From Octopus bimaculoides (lineage: Eukaryota), in NCBI RefSeq assembly GCF_001194135.2, contig NC_068990.1:81732233-81796232 (forward strand): a DNA stretch of 64,000 bases, read 5' to 3'. The notes under the pieces were generated by a model that saw nothing but the letters and a program-made list of their open reading frames with translations, made no database searches and was not told the DNA's origin. Made by a program: the position numbers and the translations under genes. Shown here piece after piece: positions 55,627 through 64,000 of the stretch. Positions within the stretch are counted from its first letter, which is position 1. Every line of letters begins with the position of its first letter.

Positions 55627-57147
55627 CTTATGTTAATTATTGGGTTGCATTATTTAGCAAAATTACTATGACTCTTTACTTTCTGGGTTTTGTCAAGGTC
55701 AACTTCACCTTTGATCCCTCTGGTTTTGATAACAAATAAAGTACCAGCCAAGTACTAATGTGTAATTGACCCTAATCTTCTCCCACCAAATACATGTGCT
55801 TGTATAAATGCTAGAAATGAAGCCCTTCTCAGATTAATTTTATCTAGAAGGTATTATCTCCCCCTATGATAGTTGACAACCAAGGGTATATCAGGTATTT
55901 CATGGATCTTGGTATTTTGTTAGTATTTTTGAAATTTGGTGAGAGTAGTATTTGAGAATTGGATGTTGTTATCTACTTTAGTTGATTATAAAATAATAAG
56001 TGTATTGGAAGTGGGGTTAGAGAGTAGAGCAATGAACTAAATATATCTTAGGGTATTTAGTTTGATTCATTTAAGTTTTGTGTTCCTATCATAATGTTAG
56101 AATCATTCTTCCGGGGATGATAAACTAATGTACCAGTGATATAGTTAAGAAAAAAAAAAAGATGTAGGACCATTGATATAATACAAATTATGTTTGTTAA
56201 TACTGATTACACATTCACTACTATAACATGCAGAAGGGAGCTGGCTATATGCATGAGCTCTTGTATCACTTCAGAATTGACCTTGATATGTGATTTTGGT
56301 TAGAACATTATTTCCCATGTAGATCCAGATACCAGAAATTCTACAAAGGTCTTATCTTTTAGAAAAGGAGACTAATCCCTCTTCTAATTCAAACTTAAAA
56401 CTGGAGCTAAGCAATGCATAGGGGTACATTTTGAATCACCCCACTACATTAATCTCTACAAAATAAACCTTTAAGAACTAAATTATTATATAAATATTAG
56501 GAAGTTTTTAAGTTTAATTTCTAGACCTCTAATAATCCCCAGTTTCATGTCTGTCAGTTCCATATGTATGAAGTGCATGTCAGGGACAGTATCCAGTGTA
56601 ACGTATCTACTACCTTTGATCAGCCCAACATGCTAAACTTTAATGTCGCTGCTAGTGAATTAATTATTATATATAATTTTTTTATTTACCTTTTAGCCTT
56701 TTAGAATAAAATGGATGATGAATTGCATATCAGTAAAACAAGACTTATTTCAATTGTTTCTCTCGTGAAAATTGACCTTGTGCCTAATGAAAAGAAATCA
56801 ATATTTGATATTACTTTTCACACTTCCAGGTTTGTTAAATAAAAATACAGTGATATAGATATTATCAACTATTCCTTCTCCTAAAATGCTTGACCCCATG
56901 CCTTGATTAGAAATCAATATTTTATGTCATATTTCATCCTTCCAGGGTTGATAAAATAGGTACCAGTTAAGTACTGAAGTTGGTAGTATAAATCCAATGT
57001 TGCTACTTCCCAAATTTGTAGCATTGAATCTATGTTAGAAATTTATTTTCTGATGGAGGGTATTTCTTATAAACTAAGCTATAGAAAATTCAGAGTAGCA
57101 GAAATGAAGATCATTTCCATTTCAATGTATTATTATCATTGCTATTA

Positions 57148-57382
57148 AGGTGGCGAGCTGGTAGAATTGTTAGCATGCCAGGTAAAATGCTGCTAAGCAT
57201 TTTGTCTATCTTTACATTCTGAGTTCAAATACCAATAAGGTTAACTTTGCTTTCATCCTTTGGGGGTTGATAAAATAGGTACCAGTTGAGTACTGGAGTT
57301 GATTTTAAATGACTTAGCCCCTCTCCACAAATTTCAGGCCATGTGCCTATAGTAGATAAGGATTATTATTATTATTATTATT
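57148..57382 (+). mobile_element. Family C tRNA-derived SINE with (ATT)n tail
   Basis: Head ggtggcgagctggtagaattgttagc, B-box gagttcaaatac, same body as 15752-15958. More decayed relatives at ~54570-54700, ~55670-55820 and ~56930-57030. Confidence 0.8.
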
Positions 57383-57595
57383 AGTCATTTTCGATGCAAA
57401 TTCCTGATTCATGAGAAAAGAATATAGTTAACTATTGGTTAAATTACATTTTAAAAATAGGCTCTGTGGGTGGCTCATTGATAATTTTATTTGAAATATC
57501 TTTGATTCCTTTTCTATTGTATTGATAGCTCGGTTTAAAATTTTTTGTTTTCAATTTGCAGTAAGGTAAATTTCTGCTAATTTCGACTCTGCGCA

Positions 57596-57633
<38 letters not shown>

Positions 57634-58547
57634 AAAGAGAGAAAGGTGATTTTTATGTAGTTGGTATTGAAGAAACAAATGATACAGCAGCCACTTGCTA
57701 CAACTTTTATACATCACGTTGTGTGTGCATCCTTTAGAATATTGCTGTAGCTTTCTATATATATTTGATATATTGCACACTCATTGCCCATCTATTCTGA
57801 ATGATACTGCTCGCTATATATTTAATACAGTCTATTGTATAGATAGTGCTACCTATCCATAGCTTGTTTCTATCTATCTATCGATCTATCTATCTATATA
57901 TATNNNNNNNNNNNNNNNNNNNNNNNNNNNNNNNNNNNNNNNNNNNNNNNNNNNNNNNNNNNNNNNNNNNNNNNNNNNNNNNNNNNNNNNNNNNNNNNNN
58001 NNNNNNNNNNNNNNNNNNNNNNNNNNNNNNNNNNNNNNNNNNNNNNNNNNNNNNNNNNNNNNNNNNNATATATATATATATATATACTCACACACACGCA
58101 CGCACATATAGACACTACTTCCTCCTTTCACTGATGCTGCAGCTATATATTCTTGAAAAGCAAGCACCAATTATTGTATCGATCAAAATATTCATTCAGC
58201 ACCATAATGATATTGCTGCCACTGTAGCCATCACTATAGCTTCAGTTGCTGGACCTAATCCTTGATAACACCTACTTTTTCCTCCCTGCTGCGTTGCTGT
58301 CCTGGTTCCTTACTCTGTTACATTAACCACAGAATTGCTGTGATTATTTTTGGTGCAAAATGCAGCAGACATATTGATCAATTTTCTTCTGCTCTACAGG
58401 AATTTTTGATAAAGGGTTTTGTTGTTTTATTTTGTAGCATAAAAATATGTGTATGTAATTGTATATATGTATGAGTGTGATTGTATGTGTGTGTGTGTGT
58501 ATTTATGCATATATGTATGTACATGTGTGTGTGTTGTCTCTCTCCAT

Positions 58548-58579
<32 letters not shown>

Positions 58580-59795
58580 TGTGTGTGTAAATTTATAGTT
58601 GCCACTTCACAATAGATACTATATAGTATTTATGGGATTTATCTCTGAAATAATTTTCATGCTATGATAGTTATTGATGGAATTGAGTGAGGGAAAACAA
58701 ACTCATAAATACATTAGAAAACAAAGACAAAAAAAAAAGAAAGAAAAATCTATAATAACCCTAATAATTTTTAATCCAAAACATGTGTAACTTCATTTAC
58801 TCTTATCATTTCGTTCAAAATATTTAGTTGTGAAATATAGAATAAAAGTATATTTGTATATTCCTATAAATAATTTTATAATAACCTAGATTGTTGTTTT
58901 TATATGGTAATAATATTAATGTTAGTAGTAATAGTAGTTGTGAGAATTATTCATAATCATCTTTTTGGTTTTCTGCATCAGAACCTCAGTAGCACACAGA
59001 CAGACAGCTAGATGACTTGTTAAAATAATTCCTATTACATTATCATTATTAAATGCTACTGCCAAGAGTTACACATTCCAGTCTTAGTTCCATGCAATAG
59101 ATAGAAATTCTTCTGTCATTTGCATGAATTTCTTTAAAAATTTAGTTATTATTTTTCTCCAGATTTCTATATTTGTCTATTCATCTTCGTTTTTCATCGA
59201 GTTAGAAAAGACAATCTGAAAATACTGTATTTTAATGCTGCTATGATTTAGCAATTCAAATATTAGACATGCATAAAAAATGCATTCAGCTGGATCAGCT
59301 GACCTGAAAAATCAATGATGAAGGGGGAGGGGTCTGGGAATACTACCGCAACTGCCACTATCTTTTCCTTTCACTGTCCAAAGAATGTGAGGATGACTCA
59401 CTCGCACAGTTGCTTTGGACATTTTCTATTTAAACACTAGCAATATCAATCAACAGCTCTACTCTTGTTCAGCTTGATGATTTTTGCATTAATATGTTTC
59501 TGGGGTAAGAATTGACTGGAAAATATCTGAAAGAAAATCATCATTTAAGAAACACATTAAAATTATATAATAATAATAATATTAATAATAACGATAATGA
59601 TGATGATGGAAATGATAATAATCATAATAGTAATTAGTTATCCTCCATTGAAATTATTTATGTCAGTTTCTTTTTGTCTCTTAAATTAAGAACCGTCAGT
59701 GTTACTATATACGTTAAAGTAGCAATGATCAAACTGGAAATTTCTGTACGCTCTCTCAGTGTCTCTTCTCTCTAAATTGTATTATAGCTAGATTG

Positions 59796-59897
59796 CTAAA
59801 GCTAGGTGCCCATGCTAAGTGGGAGAGAACAAGCAGTAGTTGGCTATCAGAAAGGAGATGCAGTATCGTTCACACACACGTGCACGCACTGACACAA
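59796..59897 (+). repeat. 102-bp direct repeat, copy 1 (copy 2 at 61266-61367)
   Basis: ctaaagctaggtgcccatgctaagtggg...gacacaa occurs twice, 1470 bp apart, with 2 mismatches. Confidence 0.95.
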
Positions 59898-60147
59898 GCT
59901 CACACATTATTACTTTCTCGTTTACTGGACATATTGTTCACTACTATTATTTAACATAACCCACCACCATCACCATATCACATTCAATGAATTGCGGTAA
60001 ATAGTAGCAGTTATTTGTGTATTTCTTCAATAAACGAATTGGTTTTATATATGTTTGTGCGTGTGTGTGCTGACAGATATTTAGGAGTATTTTATGTATC
60101 AATAAGAGCAGGAATATTATTTGTGATTTCTATTGATATGAAAGATT

Positions 60148-60194
<47 letters not shown>

Positions 60195-61110
60195 NNNNNN
60201 NNNNGATAGTGGATTTTCATCGATGAGTTCTTGAAACTTGGTTATTTCCCCTAAAACTATATATTTTATATATATATATATATATATATGTATAAACCTT
60301 ACAATCTGTCTTTCTTTCTCTCTCTTCTTACCATTTCCTCTCTATCTATATATGTGTGTGCATATGCTTGTATGAATATGAAATGAATATTTATAAACAA
60401 AACAGCCAAATCTTGTGAAAAATGAGTGGCACCTAAAATTGTATTTATTTCTTGTATGTATCTATTTCCTGTAAGTATATGACTTGTGTGTAATTATGTG
60501 TGTATTAGCATGTGTATCATTTCACAGACTGTAAGTATGCAGTGTCCCTTCATGTTACAATAACTACAATGGTTAACAGGAAGGGCATCAAACTGTAAAA
60601 CATTGTCTCAGAAAAGCCATCAAACCCATGCCAGCATAAAGTAGCAGGCATAAACTAATGATGATAAACTAATAATGTTGAGTACTGAAAATCCTGGCAA
60701 AATACAATAAGTCGAATACGAGATAGACGAAGTATACATGCGTATACGTAATAATGTATATATAGATATATGAAGATATCTGTGTATATAGAATGAAGTC
60801 TGTACATGCATATGCATTTATATGCTGAGTCAGTTCATACTGTGGTTAATAGGGGCAGCAATAAACATAATCATACCCTAATCATATACATCATGAGTGA
60901 GCCTGCTCCTCTCCTACATATACCATCAAGAACTTCTAAACTTAGTATTAACATTTTAGAGTGCTGTATATGCTCTTGACTACATATTTTAAACTATTTT
61001 AGTGTTGAGGATCTAGGCCACAAGAACAAAAACAAGGAGTGACTCTATAAAAAAAGGCTTTTGTGACTGTTTTTACAGTATTCCACAGGCATGCCTGTTT
61101 AATAGCTGCA

Positions 61111-61613
61111 GGTATGGCTATGAAAAGCTTCTTTCTCAACTCTCTAGCTTCAGATTCAGTCCTAGTGTGTAACACTTAGGGTGAGCGTCTTGTAGTGTAA
61201 CCCCCAGGTCTTGTTAATGAATTTGAAAGACAGACTCTGAAAGGAGTGGATTTGGTAGATGGAAACTAAAGCTAGGTGCCCATGCTAAGTGGGGGAGAAC
61301 AAGCAGTAGTTGGCTATCAGAAAGGAGATGCAGTATCGTTCACACACACGTGCACACACTGACACAAACACACACAAGCCTGTCATATATATATATATAT
61401 GTATATATATATGTTTGTGTGTCTGTATATATATGTTTGTCCCCCCTCCACCTGATTTTGGTGTGTTTTTGTCCCTGTAACTTAGCGGTTCAGCAAGAGA
61501 GACCAATAGAATAAGTTCTAGGTTTACAATGAATAAGTCCTGAGGTTGATCTGTTTGACTAAAGGCGGTGCTCCAGCATGGCCACAGTCAAATGACTGAA
61601 ACAAATAAAAGAA
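61111..61613 (+). mobile_element. Family B SINE (degenerate head, younger body) interrupted by a 102-bp insert
   Basis: gagtggatttggtagatggaaac ... gttcagcaagagagacc ... ctccagcatggccacagtcaaatgactgaaac is the reverse complement of the 53.5 kb copy. Confidence 0.8.
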
Positions 61614-61699
61614 TATAATTAGAGCAGCTACTACTGTAGTTCCAGGTGAAGAGTGGGATAAGTGTATGAATATGAGTTACTGTGAAGGCTTGATGCAGA

Positions 61700-62240
61700 T
61701 TCATACAAATTATGATATGCTTTTAAGGACTCCAGTTTTGCTGAGTTGGACTTGTCTTCTTGAACATCACTACTTTGCTCCATGTCTTCCTGGGTATCTT
61801 TCTTCCATTAGTTTCTGCCACATTTAGTAATACACATATCACATGACCATACCTGTGCAGTGTTTTCTCTTGCACACTCAATTTGATGCCTTTTAAGCTC
61901 AGTTTTCCTCTCAACGCATTTGCACTTTGTTGTACAAGCACACTGATGTCACACATCCAGAAGAGTATTCTAACTTCAATTCTTTCTAATCCGCACATAT
62001 CCTCTGCATTCATAACCCATGTTTCATTACTATGTAGCATTGCTGTTTGTTTCACTGACATCATACAATCTGCTTTTCACCTTGAAGGGGCAACTTTTTG
62101 TTAGCAACAGTGGTAACAGCTCTGTGGACTTTCTCTGGCAGGTTCACATTCTAGCAACTATACTTTCAAAACATCCCCATCCACTGCTAATTAGTTTACC
62201 ATGGTAACAGAAACAATCTACTTCTAAGGATTCTCCTGGT
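61700..62240 (-). mobile_element. RTE-clade LINE 3' fragment
   Basis: ORF 61723-62064: TAMLHSNETWVMNAED...ILFWMC...LHRYGHV...PRKTWSKVV, matching the RTE C-terminal pattern (ETW / LRWM / WYGHV / GRPRKTW). Confidence 0.8.
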
Positions 62241-62258
62241 CATTCATGAAGATGTGAA

Positions 62259-62480
62259 CGTGGCCGTTGCCAGTACCACCTGACTGGCCTTCGTGCGGGT
62301 GACATGTAAAAGCACCCACTACACTCTCTGAGTGGTTGGCGTTAGGAAGGGCATCCAGCTGTAGAAACTCTGCCAAATCAGATTGGAGCCTGGTGTAGCC
62401 ATCTGGGTCACCAGTACTCAGTCAAACCGTCCAACCCATGCTAGCATGGAAAGCGGACGTTAAACGATGATGATGATGAT
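62259..62480 (+). mobile_element. Family A retroposon copy adjacent to an RTE remnant
   Basis: Matches 19870-20097, with a (GAT)n tail. Confidence 0.88.
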
Positions 62481-63229
62481 AGTGTTCTTAGTGTTTAGTG
62501 CACCGTCCATCTACCACAAACGAAGTCCACGTTCTGTGTTAACCTCCCTGTGATTCCACTGCATCTCTTGTGGTGTGTGTCCTTAGTTTGCACTGGATAC
62601 ACTATATGGAATTATTATCTACACCATTTTTTCATATTGAGCAGGGTCCTTTTCCTGACAGGATTAACATACTGTCTGTTTTCCTGCTTATCAGAACTTT
62701 GGTCTTCTCCAAATTAACTGAGGTCCTTGAACTCCAGATTTTTACCTCCACATATGGAAATTTTTTGGAATTCTACAACAGATTCAGCTATAAAAACAAA
62801 ATCATCAGCATAAAAAAAGTTCCCACAGACAACTACTCTTAAATTCCTCTGTTAGGACCTTCATAAATTGAGAAACCTGACAGCTGAGTCCTACTGAACT
62901 CCTACTCATGTACTAAATTCATCAATGTACTTTTTGTTAACTTTCACCTTACTGACTGTACATGGCTTGGATGGTTACCCCAAACTCACCTTCTACCTGC
63001 CACTGCTGTCACCGACCAATGGACAAAACTTGAGTTTGATGTCATTTAAGTGTGTATGTAAAGTATTACACATGATTCACAAGTTCCAAGGTTTTGCCTC
63101 ACTGTGTTGAATCTTGAGCAATGTATTTTAGTTTAGCTTCAGGTTAACCAATGCTTTATGAATGAAACTGACAGAAACTGCATGGAAGCCTGTCAGATAG
63201 ACTATGCCTATAATTTAAAGGTCTAATCT

Positions 63230-63613
63230 GTTGTTGGCACTCCATCGCTTACGACGTCGAGGCTTCCAGTTGATCCGATCAATGGAACAGCCTGCTCGTG
63301 AAATTAACGTGCAAGTGGCTGAGCACTCCACAGGCACGTGTACCCTTAACGTAGTTCCCGGGGATATTCAGCGTGACACAGTGTGACAAGGCTGACCCTT
63401 TGAATTACAGGCACAACAGAAACAGGAAGTAAGAGTGAGAGAAAGTTGTGGTGAAAGAGTATAGCAGGGTTTGCCACCATTCCCTGCCAGAGATTCATGG
63501 AGCTTTAGGTGTTTTCGCTCAATAAATACACACAATGCCCGACCTGGGAATCGAAACGACGATCCTATGACCACAAGTCCGCTGCCCTAACCACTGGGCC
63601 ATTGCGCCTCCAC
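63230..63613 (-). mobile_element. Family D tRNA-derived SINE, full length with a perfect 13-bp TSD
   Basis: Minus-strand head ggaggcgcaatggcccagtggttaggg (A-box) and gtttcgattccc (B-box). TSD aaaggtctaatct at 63217-63229 and 63614-63626. Confidence 0.92.
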
Positions 63614-64000
63614 AAAGGTCTAATCTAATCACATTGTATGATACTAATTCTTCTTGAAAATTGTATTAATGGTGTAGTTGTCTGAGTTGGTTGGTGTGTC
63701 ATATGTATGTGCATCTGGATAAGCTTACCTTTGTGTAGTAGGTGCGCATACTTTAATGCACAAGTGTGTGTGTGATTTATGTGTGGATATGTGATTGTGT
63801 GCATGTTTGTAATCGAGGAACCTCAAATTGAGAATCTCTGGAATGTTCTATGAATATGTTTGTGTAGATTTATATGTATACAATATATTTATAAAATAAA
63901 ATATTGATGTCATAAGAATTTACAAACTTTCAAGCGAATGTGAAACAATCCTTTTTTGGAAAAGTGGATCTTAAAAGACACATGAAGCTAAAAAATTATA

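Noticed and set aside
63520-63612. tRNA-like sequence on the minus strand
   Set aside because: It is the head of a family D SINE with body and TSD; no complete cloverleaf or acceptor stem.

Overview
AT-rich, microsatellite-dense animal genomic DNA with nine assembly gaps. The repeat families (an RTE-type tail ending in (GAT)n, tRNA-derived SINEs, long (TA)n/(CA)n tracts) resemble those I recall from octopus genomes, so a cephalopod origin is inferred but not verified. The only convincing host-gene coding sequence is a 64-nt first coding exon on the + strand (10864-10927). It encodes a signal peptide (MRLPWRFFIILAVLVSPTWAE), sits in a CpG-retaining promoter-like region, and is followed by a phase-1 GTAAGT donor. 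I found no downstream exon in the remaining 53 kb, so most of the window is probably one very large intron of a secreted or membrane protein gene that I cannot identify. The rest is transposon debris: a decayed hAT transposase, a Helitron PIF1-type helicase, CR1- and RTE-clade LINE fragments, two mariners, Tigger- and piggyBac-like MITEs, a Penelope-like fragment carrying a minimal hammerhead motif, and at least four SINE-like families. Almost all ORFs in the supplied track are artefacts of repeats or N-runs. I see no clear new multi-gene system. The best leads are the AG|GTAAGG dual splice site and uORF at the signal-peptide exon, the sense-strand intronic hammerhead motif, and a templated 102-bp local duplication.
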